Notes under the pieces: model-generated | What the model saw: only the letters and a program-made list of their open reading frames with translations | Told to the model about the DNA's origin: nothing | The model's database searches: none | In this document: positions 1 to 16,480 of the stretch, one piece after another | How positions within the stretch are numbered: position 1 is the stretch's first letter | Layout of the letters: every line of letters starts with the position of its first letter | Made by a program: the position numbers and the translations under genes | Source: the human T2T-CHM13v2.0 reference genome, Homo sapiens | Reading direction: 5' to 3' (one strand) | NCBI RefSeq assembly: GCF_009914755.1 | Contig: NC_060936.1 | Length of the DNA: 64,000 nt

Positions 1-886
1 TTTTGCTGTTTGACGAGTCACAGATATGTGATACTTCTCATTGCCCAACTGGACAAAATGAGAATGGCCCGAGAATATGCCATTTCACTGGAATTTTGCT
101 AAGGAAAGTTGACTACAGGGGCAAAGGTACATTTGCTGTAAGAGGCTATGGGTGTATGGGAGAGTAAAGAGGTAACAGGAGCCAGGGGATTCCCAAGAGG
201 TCAGACAGAGAGTAGAACTCTCATCACAGATGTAGCAAGGAAGCTGCCCTCAGGAGGCTTTACAAAGAACCCAAGGGTGTAATGGCCAGCTAATGAAAGC
301 AAAAGAGAACTATAAAGAACATCAAGCAAAGAACTACGAAGAACACTAAGTTTAAAAAAAAAATCTGCTCTTCTTCCTCAAATGTGTCTCCACTCCCTGT
401 TTTGAAGACCCAGAAACAGCAAAGTGAGTATGGAAGGAGGAATGAAAGAGCAAGTTGAGGCAGTAAGGCGAGTCCCCCTTTCCCACTGTAGGTCATTAAG
501 TCTTCAGTCAGGATGGAGCTAAATGGAAAGAAAAGAAGAGCAAATTGGATGTTTTTGGTTTAGATTAGGCAGTACTCTAATTCCTGAAAATGACACCATT
601 CTTACAGCTAAAAGTAAGTTGAAAGTAATGAGATCTACCCGTGAGGCTGAAAAGAAAAAAAAAATCAGACAAATCCTGAATGAAGCATAAACCCAAATTT
701 CCTAGCTGTAACCCACCAAATTCAACCCACCCAACAAACCAGTTATACAGTCTTCAGGAATCAGGTTTGAAAGAACAACTTTATGATCTAGGGAAATGCT
801 CTTGATTTAACAAAAAAAAAAATAAAGTGAAGTGAAAAATGAAGGAAAACTGTACATACAATAGGATTTAATTTAGGGTTAAAGAC

Positions 887-1241
887 ACGTGTCACATAGT
901 GACATTTTAGTCAATGACTGACCGCATATTCAACAGTGGTCGCTTAAGATGATAATACTGTGTTTTTACCACACATTTTCTATGTTCAGATCTGTTTAGA
1001 TACACAAATGCTTACCATTGTGTTACAACTGCCTACTGTATAATGTTCAGTATAGTAACATGCTACACAGGTTTGTAGCCTAGGAGCAATACGCTCTATC
1101 ATATACCCTAAGTGTGTAACAGGCTATACCATCAAGGTTTGTATAAGTATACTCTATTATGTTCACACAACCGCAAAATTGCCTAATGACACATTTCTCT
1201 GTGTCGTTAAGAACATATCCTGTTTAAGCAAAACATGACTG
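887..1241 (+). mobile_element. Tigger3a/MER7A-like TcMar DNA transposon derivative
   Basis: Matches recalled Tigger3 core (tttagatacacaaatgcttaccattgtgttaca...gtagcctaggagcaata) and ends catgactg followed by TA; homologous to 35740-36400. Confidence 0.75.
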
Positions 1242-1277
1242 TAATATAAGATTATATTAAAAATATGATAGGCAGAT

Positions 1278-1580
1278 GGCCGAGCGCAGTGGCTCAAGCC
1301 TGTAATCCCAGCACTTTGGTTGGCCAAGGCAGGTGAATAACCTGAGGGCAGGAGTTCAAGACCAGCCTGGCCAACATGGTAAAACCCTTTCTCTACTAAA
1401 AATACACAAATTAGCCGGGTGTGATAGTGCATGCCTGTAGTCCCAGCTACTCAGGAAGCTGAGGCAGGAGAATTGCTTAAACCCAGGAGGTGGAGGTTGC
1501 AGTAGGCCAGGGCTGCGCCACTGCACTCCAACCTGGGTGACAGGGCAAGACTCCATCTCAAAATAAATAAATAAATAAAT
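1278..1580 (+). mobile_element. AluS element
   Basis: ggccgagcgcagtggctc start, two arms, A-rich linker, (TAAA)n tail. Confidence 0.95.
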
Positions 1581-1746
1581 ATATATAATTTATATATATA
1601 TATATATACACATACACACATATATATTTATTTATATATAAAAATAAAATATGTATAATTTTATATATTATATAATTATATGTATAATTTTATATATTAT
1701 ATAATTACATATATAATTTATATATATAAATAATAAACATATATAT
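1581..1746. repeat. AT-rich (TA)n low-complexity tract with a 29-bp internal tandem unit
   Basis: atgtataattttatatattatataatta(t/c) at 1651-1679 and 1680-1708 plus a partial third copy. Confidence 0.85.
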
Positions 1747-1827
1747 GGCAGAAATAAAATAACATTTTTAAAATTTATCTGAGTGGTAAAATTGTTATAA
1801 ATTTTCCAAAATGAACAAATAGTACCT

Positions 1828-2159
<332 letters not shown>

Positions 2160-2742
2160 TAACCCTTGCAAGTAGTCTTGTGAAAAAAATAGAAAAATTT
2201 TTTCTACAACGTCTTTTCATCTTCCTTTCAGTGTGACTAGTATTGTTCTAAATTTTGCTGCCAAAAGCAGCTGTACTAATAATATCAGATGATAAGACTA
2301 CAATCCTTGAATTTCAGGGCCAGAAAGATAACTAGTCAATGTATTATTCACCCAAGACTGTCAATAAGACAAGACAATAAAACGGTAGGCAACTGCTATG
2401 AAAATATAAATCATCAATTACCCTCCCACCTCCTCTCAGTGGTGTCATGGGACACCTCAAAACTTTAATTAGCCACTTTTTCCCAGTTACCAAAACATCT
2501 CCACCCCTAGCAAAACTAGCCATCTAAGGCCTTCAAGTTGTTCTTTGGTCTGAAATATGCCAAAAGTTCATCAAACTACTGTTCACCAAAGTCTCCACCA
2601 GAAGTACAAGCTTCCAAGATCATCCTTCAATATAAAAGTGTTCATTCAACACTGCTCTAAATATCCTCTAATTTGGCCCCATCATCTATCTTTCATTTCC
2701 TTCCTAAATACTTCCACTGTGTTGAAAATCATCATCTGCCAT

Positions 2743-2980
2743 CAGCAGTATAGTGTGGTTATTGCCTGGAACACCAGAGGGAATCAAATCTAGCACTGCC
2801 ACTTCCAACTCTGTGACCAAGGGCAAGTTGCTTAACTTCTCAATTTCCTCATTCATAAAGTGAGACTAATAATAGTACCAATATTATAGGATTATTGTGA
2901 GGATCACATGAGTTAATATGTGTTTAGAGTTGGGAACAGTTTTGCTTCCGGCAAATAGTAAGTGCTTGACAAATGTATTA
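2743..2980 (+). mobile_element. MIR
   Basis: MIR core ctgtgaccaagggcaagttgcttaacttctc...aatagtaagtgcttgacaaatg. Confidence 0.8.
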
Positions 2981-2999
2981 AAATGAACTATTTTTTATT

Positions 3000-5255
<2,256 letters not shown>

Positions 5256-6454
5256 CTCCGTAAGAATAATCCGAAGTAAATTATATTTTTCACCTCTGAT
5301 GTTAAAGACCAGAGCTATGTGCCTGCTGATGTATTAAGCATCCAGACAGAGGACAAACAAGAAATAAAAGAGCCTATCCTTGCTTTTGAGTAATTCACAA
5401 TGAATTGGAGGAGGAATAAAAAACCAACATAAGCCCAAGATACTAAAGATAACTGTTTACAAAGCAATCTATGAATAAACTTACTGTCATATAATATAAA
5501 TTATATACATGGAGGGGTTATAAGTGTTGAGAATATGATAGAATTAGGAAAGGCGTCCTTAAAAGAGAATAATTTTTTGAGGCATATATTATCAATATCC
5601 TTTTACAGATGAGGGAACAGAGGCTTAGGCAGATTAAAGAATCCACCCAAGGTTAAAAACTAGGAAAGGAGTCAGGTTCAAGCAAGTCTCCTAATGTCAG
5701 AGCCCATTTTCCTCAGGAAATCATGTTTCTGCCGCTTCCTTATAACAAGAGCTAGCTACTCTGAAAGATACATCTAACAGAAGTAAGATTAGAAACTAAA
5801 AAAAAAAAAAAAAAAAAATGGAGCTGTCAAGGACATCTAGAAATCTATGCAAGATTCAACAGCAAAACTCCACCAATAATAAATGTTTACCCTGCCTTGG
5901 GTCTTTGGGTCTTTGAATGATAAAACAGGTAATCGGTCTACCAAGACAAAACTGGCTGGTACCCACAAGACACTGAGATTGATGAAATGGAAACATACGA
6001 AAAAAAATAAGCAGTTAACAAAGGAGTCTTAAATTGTATTCAAAATATTTTTAGAATTGGAATATTTTAAGAAATTTCCATAAAAGCTTTCTACCTCACT
6101 AAAATTCAAGCTGTCCACTCTAAATGGATGTTATTAACTAACTGTGTGAGAAAAGGATGTTGCGAATATGTGTGAGTATACACACATGTACACGCATGTA
6201 TGCGTGTACTCATATCCTTGTATGTGTGGATGAACAGTCGTCAATAAATATTTGCATTTAACATATGTGATGAAAATAGGAATAAATTCATGGAGAGGTA
6301 TTTTTAAAAATGGAATGAGCATGGAAATTAAAAAAGCATTAGAGAAGAGAAAGCAAATAAACCAAGGAGGCTATGTCAAAGATAAGGCAAAGACCAGATG
6401 TCATGGGACTTATATCATTATTAAGAAGCATTTACATTACTATTTTGGAAATTA

Positions 6455-6775
<321 letters not shown>

Positions 6776-7529
6776 AATTAAGAAATCGTTTTACTGTCTG
6801 AGAAAGTAGCTAATGTGATTATAGTGGCTGGAGGGGCAAACTAATAGCTTACACATAATGTGTTCATACTTCATTTTTGGCATGTTTCATGGGAGAGCCA
6901 TCAGGTCTTGTGTAGACATGCAAGGCTCTCCCAGCTGGACTGAGGGCAAAACCCCTATCTGAATCATCTTGCATTTCCCCATCAAACTATGTTGAGTGCA
7001 CTTGATCTAGTGGGGCTCAGTAACTAATAAACGGAACTGAACTAAATTAAAACACATGGAATGGATCTGAGCTGAAATAAATTGGAATGGTCAGGGATGG
7101 AAGTTACTTATTATCCTTAAAAATTTTGTTTCTTTAGATATCGGAATACTTTAGTAACTTCTGCTGTGCCTACAATGAACTTGGAGCAATAGCTTTCTTT
7201 TTACATTTTTACTAGCTGTACTTTCCAAAATGCCTGTAATATACTCAACAGTAGTATTATCTACTTTACACACAAAAGGACCTGACTCATAGAGAGGGGT
7301 AACGTTATTTTTCACAGGGTTACTTTTACACCGCTACTACCTCAAAGGAAGTCAGTGAAACAGAAGGGATTTGAACTCAAAGTCCAACAGCATTACTTTT
7401 CATCATCAAAGTTCATTTTAAAATATTCAATAGTAAAAAGAAAATTATGCAATGTGCAAATAAACATATTTGATAGTCCAAAAGAAAAGAAAACCACAAA
7501 CCACAAAGATGACTGCTATTGCATCTTTT

Positions 7530-7824
7530 TTGTTTGTTTGTTTGAGACGGTCTCTCTCTGTTGCCCAGTCTGGAGTGCAGTGGCACAGCCTGGGCTCACT
7601 GCAACCTCCACTTCCTGGGTTCAAGCAATTCTCCTGTCTCAGCCTCCTGAGTAGCTGAGATTACAGGTGCCTGCCACCACACCCAGCTAATTTTTGTATT
7701 GTTAATAGAGATGGGGTTTCACCATGTTGGCCAGGCTGATCTCAAGCTCCTGACCTCAGATGATCCAGCTGCCTCAGCCTCCCAAAGTGCTGAGATTACA
7801 AGCATGAGCCACCCGCGCCCAGCC
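7530..7824 (-). mobile_element. AluS element
   Basis: Reverse dimer; catcttttt flanking duplication. Confidence 0.95.
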
Positions 7825-8551
7825 ACATCTTTTTCTTTCTAAAGGTAAACAGAGAACATGGTTCTCATCACAAGGCACAGAAAACAATTCAAATATATAA
7901 GCCTCTGCTGTGCAGTATGGGTAGGGATGATTTTGAAGAATGTTCATTCTTAGTCTAGTCCTACTATTGTGTTCATTATCCTAATAGCTTATATGTGGAT
8001 GATTCTTCCTTGTCAAAGACAGCAAATAGGGCTTTCTTAGTCATCCTCAATAGTCCACTTAACTGTCTACCACAAATATTCTAGGTCCATCTGACAGTAT
8101 TTCATTTCACAGTAAACCAACTTTTGTGAAGGACTCAAAAGGTATTTGTTTTAACAATTCAATCAAGTTTGCTTTCTAAAAAGGTTTGTCTTAAAAAGTG
8201 AAGGTTGTTTTCAGGATCATTTAAGTTTCAGACCTCATTTGTTGATACCTTATCTCTCAGAAACTTGTTTTTCAACCCAAACAAAACTAGTTATCTAGTC
8301 AAAGGTTTCAGTGGCTATTATTGTGTCAACAATCAAGACCCAATTATTGAGTAAGATCCTTAGAAAAAACAGAGTCACAAATAATTGTTAATTGATTTTT
8401 CTTATTTAACCATGGTAATTAAAATTTTTATAATATGCAATGTGACTTGTCTCATAACTACAAAGAGGAAAAGTAAAATTAATCAAATGTCTTTGCTAAG
8501 TTAGCAAAGGAACTGTCACTTCAGTCAATCTTTAAAAATGACTTCAAATTA

Positions 8552-8837
8552 CCGTGGCTCACACCTGTAATCCCAGCACTTTGGGAGGCCGAGGTGGGCG
8601 GATCATGAGGTCAGGAGATCGAAACCATCCTGGCCAACATGGTGAAACCCTGGCTCTACTAAAAATACAAAAATTAGCTGGACGTGGTGGCGTATGCCTG
8701 TAATCCTAGCTACTCGGGAGGCTGAGGCAGGAGAATCACTTGAACCGGGGAGTCAGAGGTTGCAGTGAGCCGGGATGTTGTCACTGCACTCCAGCCTGGT
8801 GACAGAGAGAGACTCCGTCTCAAAAAAAAAAAAAAAA
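8552..8837 (+). mobile_element. AluSc-like element, slightly 5'-truncated
   Basis: gacttcaaatta duplicated on both sides (TSD). Confidence 0.93.
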
Positions 8838-9904
8838 GGACTTCAAATTAGACATGACACATGGAAATGAGATGTTCACTTATAGTTTAAATATAAAGTA
8901 TGTGTGTGTGTGATCAATTATGGGGTCTTAGTAAAAACCTTGTTGGTATAAGTAGAGGTGTGCTCAGATTAATGACATATTAAGCAATATATTTAAGAGG
9001 TTTAAGGATTAATATGCCAAAGAGCTCACCTTGCCTGCTAACCAACTAGAAATAAATAAGTATCCCCCATGTCAAAGATAAACAGAAAAGGAATGAATTT
9101 CCATTAACACACATACCAACAGAGAACAAAGATTAAGAAAACATTTTATTCAAACTGCTCTAGGGGGTTTAATCATCTCAGTCTTAACTTTCACAACTCA
9201 ACATATTCATTAAAGATAATTCAAGATATCCATTCTATCATATAAATACAATGCTAATAGCTTTGACTGGTAATATCAAGGTCACATATTATCAAATATA
9301 AATGCACTATTATCATCCCTTTTCTTCATCATTGAAGACAGACATAATAAATTGTAAAAAGGGGGCCCAAGTGAAGACTAGAAAGAATCTCTGTTAAAGA
9401 AATAGATTTTTGCAAGTTAGTCCCAACTAACATTTCAGGATTACTATGTGCCAGACATTATTCTGAGTGCTTTATGTCAATTAATTCTCATAACGATCCT
9501 ATTATGTTAGTACTCTTATTACCTCCACTTCACGGATAAAGAAACCAACCAAGATGAAAGTGTGGTTTTATAAACAGGAACTCACCAAAGAAATTAACCC
9601 TATCTTAAGGTGATTTTGAAAGAAATTATGGTTAGTTATTAGATATTACCTAGAAGAGGAAAAATAGAGTTTCAGGTAGATGGAGAGGGAAAGAGGAAAA
9701 CAGCAGATAGAAGGAGGAGAAAAAAGAAGAGGAGGGATAAAACTAAAAAAGAAAAAAGAATCTAACATCTCACAAACAATTCTAAAGAACATTCTAACAA
9801 TCTTAACAACCCTGTGAGATAGGGATTAAGGGATTAACCCTATTTTATACATGAGAAAACTAAGGCTCATAAAAGTTAAGTGGCCATCCGAAATTCTGAA
9901 CTCA

Positions 9905-10120
<216 letters not shown>

Positions 10121-10148
10121 TCATGCTGCAAAAGAAAATAAAATTAAG

Positions 10149-10452
<304 letters not shown>

Positions 10453-10572
10453 GAAACATATCAATTTATTTTTTTGTGAACATTAATATATTTTATACCA
10501 TATTGGGCAGATTCATTCAACTCCTTAGTGGATTTTATGTTTTGGTGTGTGTGTTTCATGTCAATCCCATAC

Positions 10573-10911
10573 TGCTATGATTTGAATGTGTCCCCAAATT
10601 TCATGTATTAGAAACTTAATCCCCAAATTCATTATGTTGTTTGAGGGTAGGGCCTTTGGGAGATAATAAGGATTAGATAAGGTCATAGAGGAAGGCCCCC
10701 ATGATGAAACTAGTGGCTTTGTAAGAAGAAGAAGACTTGAGCAGACACACACCCTCCCTCTTGCCATGTGATGTCCTTCACCATGGTACTATGCTGCCAG
10801 AAAGCCCTCATCAGATGTCAGCACCCAGAACCAGGAGCTAAATAAATTTATTTTCTGTATAAGTCGTCCCTGTTGGTATTCTGTTATAGCAACAGAAAAT
10901 GGACTGAGACA
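10573..10911 (+). mobile_element. MaLR solo LTR (MST family)
   Basis: tgctatgatttgaatgtgtcccc...ctgttatagcaacagaaaatggactgagaca with TG...CA ends. Confidence 0.85.
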
Positions 10912-12484
10912 CACATGGAAATCACAGCTTCTAGATCCCATGTGATTTTAGTCTCAAAACATCCTAGGGCCTCCAGGTTGAATGGGGTAAAGTAGAAAGC
11001 TGGACAACTAAACTGGATGGCATGGAAGTGAAGTAATGTCCAGAGATGACCTAGAACAGATCAGTGCCAGCCTATGTATACAAGTGGAATAACTCTGGTG
11101 GCAGCTGCCAGTTCTGTGCAGCCCACATGAGTTGAAGGAGACCCCAGTTGGGACAAAAGGGGACAAGTTTCCCTCTCCACAGAGAGGGGGCTTTCAATAA
11201 TTTCACTTTGTCAAGTGGGTTTGGATTCAAGACACGGGGAAAGAGATCTAAATCAGGAAACCAAGACAAAAGCCAAGTTTGGACAAGTAAAATAGGAGGT
11301 TAAAGGGAAGGCTATGATCCTAAAAGCACAGGAATAATTAATAATAAGTCTGGAGTAGCAGCCAAAAAATTTCACACTAATGGGTTGGTGGAACAAAACT
11401 ACTGCTGTGATTTACTTGTGGCTTTATTGAGGACTGACCCAGAAACTCAGGAAAGGCTGAGTTTGTCCACTTGGGGCATGAAGAACGTCATCTGAAAAAA
11501 GTTAAGCAAGACAGGAATTCAAAGGCAGCCTGACGTTATAGAACACACACTTGTGAAAAATTATGATTAGGTTATATAAAGTTAATAAAAAATTTAGAGC
11601 CAAAGCTAACTAAAGAAACCAAAACCCAATCTGCTACAGAGGCAACAGAAGATCCAATTCCTCTCATGTAACAAAATAGATAAGAATATTATCAAGGACA
11701 GATGGAATCTGTTGTCAATCTAAGGGCAAGTTAGCAAACTAAAATTCAAAAGCCTCATATTGTATTGCCTAAATTGACACTTGAAAATGTCACAGATGTC
11801 ACACTGGAATTAAGGAACTTCAAATGGCAGGTCAAATAACCAGGAATGAAATCTGCAATCTCATGTTTAATTAGCAGTTGCCAACCTCCACTTTAGGACA
11901 GGACAGGTGAAGACTAACAGACCAACACGCTACTCAAAGAGAAGTGTTTTGTGTTGAACTGAGGTGAAAGCAAGCAAAATAAACACCTTAGAAACTCACT
12001 TATTTTCAAGAAACATGAACTAGTTATGGTCTTGTGTTTGATTTACCATCACTGGCTTGGAATAATGTGCTGGGAAATATCTACTTCATCCTAATACATT
12101 GTGTCTTTACATAGATATAGGTGAAAAGTTAAAATTAAATATCAATATATCTTTTTCTGGAAAACATCCTCAGTACCATAATGCTTACCCATATATTCTG
12201 GGTGAGCAGCACTATTCACTCTCATCAATTCCAATAAACACTCTTTGGTAAAGTCAGTGTTCATCAGTAGAAATGAAACATTATAAAGAATCAAAGGAGA
12301 CAGCATAGTTCCTATAAAAATGAAATTAATGCCCTTACTAAACAATAAAGTCATGTCAATTAAATCACTGATATATTGAATTTAATGCATATTGTACTGA
12401 GTTATTGAAATAAAGCAGATGGTGTATAATATTTAGCATGTTACTCAAAATGCCCTTCCTTAATATAAAGATGGACAAATTCTT

Positions 12485-12812
<328 letters not shown>

Positions 12813-13066
12813 TAAATATCAAGCTACTAAAGGGTATCAACACACTGATTACAACAATTTCAAAAAACTGTAGGTACACATATTAAAACAGACTAAAAAG
12901 AAATATAGCAAAATGCTAGTAGTAATTGTATTAGGGAATTATGATTGATTGTTTTTCTTATCTTTTCCTGATAATTTTTCTAATGTGATTAACCTATTTC
13001 AATAATAGGAAAAAACTGAATAAAAATAACTTTCTTATGGAATTATAAACTGATTTTGAGATCATT

Positions 13067-13116
13067 AGACAGGCTTACAAGATATACTTTCAGACAAGCT
13101 TACAAGATATACTTTC
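13067..13116. repeat. 25-bp tandem duplication
   Basis: agaca(g/a)gcttacaagatatactttc twice, one mismatch. Confidence 0.9.
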
Positions 13117-13902
13117 TGGTTCTAAATATCAGTCTTGTTCTAAAATGCCTTCAGGCAAGTCTTTATATAAGTTCTATTAATGAGTATTGCAGGCACATTG
13201 CCCCAGTAGCTCCAGGTCCCAGAAAAAAAAAAATTTATCAAAAAAGTTAATGTATAATTAAAATTTTTATATTATTACTTCTGCTCCTTTTACTCAGTTT
13301 ACCCCTTACAGTGCTCTTTAATCCACAGCCTAGTGTAATACTTCTTGCCAAGGTTGATGAAAGGAAGCAAAAGGAAAGCATTAGCAATATTTCCAAAAAT
13401 CTGGTGCAACCTAATTCAGAAGGAAAATTCACATTTTTACTATCCACTTTAGTTACCATTCTCTTACATTAGGTTGAGCAACTAGTAAAAAGTATAACTC
13501 AAAACTACTGTTAATCTCACAAAGTATATGCTAGTAACTTTACAAACACGAAGAACTGTACTAATTAAAAGGCTTTGTGGAAAAAGAAAGAATAAAAATA
13601 GTGAATTCTAATAAACTATAAAAGGATGAATTTGATAGAGTAGAGCAGTATGGCATGTAATTTATATATTGAAAGCAAAAGAAAACGGGGAGACTAGATA
13701 GAATAAGGATCTTGGAAGTATTTATATATACTGTTATATCACTTATAGTGGTGTAAGTAAGAGATACTCAAAAAGCAAAAGAACAGATACCAGATACAGA
13801 CATCTTTAAAGCACTTTACAAATTCAAGTTATAGGTTGTACATCAGAGAATAACTAATCCAATTGCTAGAGTTTGGAATATAATCAACATGCCCATCGTT
13901 GG

Positions 13903-14299
13903 TGTCCTAGTCCATTTTGTGGTGCTATAACAAAATACCACAGACTGGGTTATTTATAATGAACAGAGATGTATTTCTTACAGTTCTAGAGGCTGGGAAC
14001 TCCAAGGTCAAGAGGCCTGCAGGCCTGCATCTGGCACGGTCTTTCTTGCTGCCTCATCCTAAGGCGGAAGGCAGAAGGAAAGAGAGCATGCACAAGAGAA
14101 CAAGAGGGGACTAAACTCTTTTATAACAAAGCCACTCTCAAGAAAATGAAACTACTCCCTCAATAATGACATTAATCCATTAATGAGGGCAGAGCCCTCA
14201 TGAACTAATCACTTCTTAGGCTCCACTTCCCAACATTGTTGCATAGGGGATTAGTTTCCGACACATGATCTTTCGGAGGGACACATTCAAACCATAACA
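13903..14299 (-). mobile_element. MaLR solo LTR (MST family)
   Basis: tgtcctagtccattttgtggtgctataac...cacattcaaaccataaca; perfect 5-bp TSD gttgg. Confidence 0.9.
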
Positions 14300-16281
14300 G
14301 TTGGTTATACCAACTTTATCTAATAATATTACTACCTATGTTTGTATAAAAACCATTTTTCAAGTGCTTTCACATGGTTGTCTCGTGATCCTTTCTCAAA
14401 TCCAGGGGAGAATTACTGAGGGAAAACCAAATTTATCAGGGGTAAGAGTCTAAACCAAAACAGTTTTCTAACCATGCAATGCTCATTTTATTATAGCACA
14501 TTGCCTTCAATTACTTTAATGCCTCCAGCTTATGTGATTCCAGTACACAATGAACACTCATTAATTATATATTATATGAATGAATTTTGATCCAAAAAAG
14601 TAAATAAGAAGGAATACAATTGAGGCTAGAGATGCCCTGTGCCTCATTAGTACCATGTGATCAATATGCCACATCATAATAAACTACAGCTTGACTCTCC
14701 AAGGTCTCTTGTTCCCACTTGCTGAAAGATAAAAGACTTATTTAGAACAACTCCTAGCTGACTTAGTAGTTGTATCAAATAATGTGGATATCTATTCTGA
14801 AAAAAATGTAATTCCTTCATCATATTGAGAGATCTATGATATTATCAGGCCTACGTGACAGACACAACTCTCCAAAGTTGAGAATAATTCAAATCCAGTC
14901 TCAAAAGGTAACATCTTACTACACACTAAGATACCCAAAACATGGGGAATAAACCTTGAGCTGTCCTTGATGTTTTTAGCCTCTGGGTGGGTCCATTCCA
15001 TAACTAAGTTTGAACATTTTTCTTGGTTCTTTCCTCTTACTGAAGAAGCAGATGGATGTGCCCAAGTAGATTGACCCTGGGGTTAAATCCTGAATGACCT
15101 TTATTACAGTCTGGGAACTCAGATATCTACTTGTCTCAAGTCAATAATCCAATGTCCTTCAAATGTTCTATTGTAATAGTGCTTAAATATTCTTTGAGGT
15201 TTTGAACATTTCAAGCCATTTCCTACTGGAATTTCAGAGGGAGAGAAAGAAGAATCATATATGGCAGGTCTAAGACCCCAAATGGCAGAAATTTTTCTGC
15301 ATGACATCAGTCTAGAAAAGCTTTGTGTAGATGTGGGATTTAGGATGCTTTTGGGGTGACAGGCCTCCATTACAATCAAAATGTACTCTGTATTTCCTTC
15401 TGAAATGGGTCTGGTTAAGAACCACCTAATTAGTGAAGTAACACTCAAAAGGAGGTCTTTCTAAACCACTCAGATTTCTGCCTCCATCTTCCATTCCAGA
15501 TGCCAAAAAATACGCCTCACTCCACCCCACCCCCACCCCACACTCCAGCCACCTTCCGTTTAGTGAGGTTGTTATTACTGCAATGTGCCATAATCCTTTA
15601 GTCTGTTGGAGTAAAGTATTAAGAACCAAAGTGGGAGGAAGCAGGGAAGCCACATGTCTCAGGCCTGGAATTCACTAAAGAATTTCTATTTACATGTTTA
15701 AAATTATTTTCAAATTAGACTACATACGAATTTTATTTCTGTGGTTGTTGTGAAAGCATTAATGTGCTACTTGCAAATGTTAAAAACAGTCTACATTTTT
15801 TTATAACTCAGTTCTGGCATTTCTTTATATTTTAATATACCAGAAACCTCAAAATTTAGACCTGGGTTTCTACCCCTGCGGTTCCTCTCCCTTTACTTCT
15901 GAGAGATCTTTGTTAGAATCACTGATCAAGTTCCTACTACTGAGGTGCTTCTAAAGTCAAAATAATGGGTTGACAGTGAGCGACCTTATCTAAATGTCAA
16001 ACTAAAATTATATAAGGAATGCTTAAGGGATTAAAATTGTAGGTTATTTTAATATAAAAATTATTTCTTCGATGTATGTTAGCAAAACACGAAGTCCTAG
16101 AAAATCCACAGCACTAATCAAGAAGACTTGAGCTACTAGTCATGTGACCTCAATCAATTCCTTTTAACTTTTCTGGGCCTCTAACACCTCAACTATCTCG
16201 AAGAAGGGGCCTCAACCAATTAATCCTTTCAAGATCCCTTTCAACTTTAAAATCTATCTCGTCAATAATTATAAGGGTTTA

Positions 16282-16314
<33 letters not shown>

Positions 16315-16322
<8 letters not shown>

Positions 16323-16480
16323 TTTTTAGACAGGGTTTCATGTTACCCAGGCTGGAGTGCTGTGGCTATTCACAGGAGTGATCACAGCACACTGCAGCCT
16401 TGAATTTCTAGCCCCAAGCGATCTTCCCACCTCAGCCTCCCAAGTGGCACGGACTACAGACACACACCACAACGCCAGCT
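16315..16480 (-). mobile_element. FAM (fossil Alu monomer) with (TA)n/T tail
   Basis: Retains 7SL-derived ggctattcacagg..gatc segment absent from dimeric Alus; (TA)n at ~16288-16314. Confidence 0.8.

Noticed and set aside
12185-12245. Strong donor TGG|GTAAGC on the minus strand within a 70-aa ORF
   Set aside because: No convincing acceptor at exon distance, and the peptide does not match KIF21A
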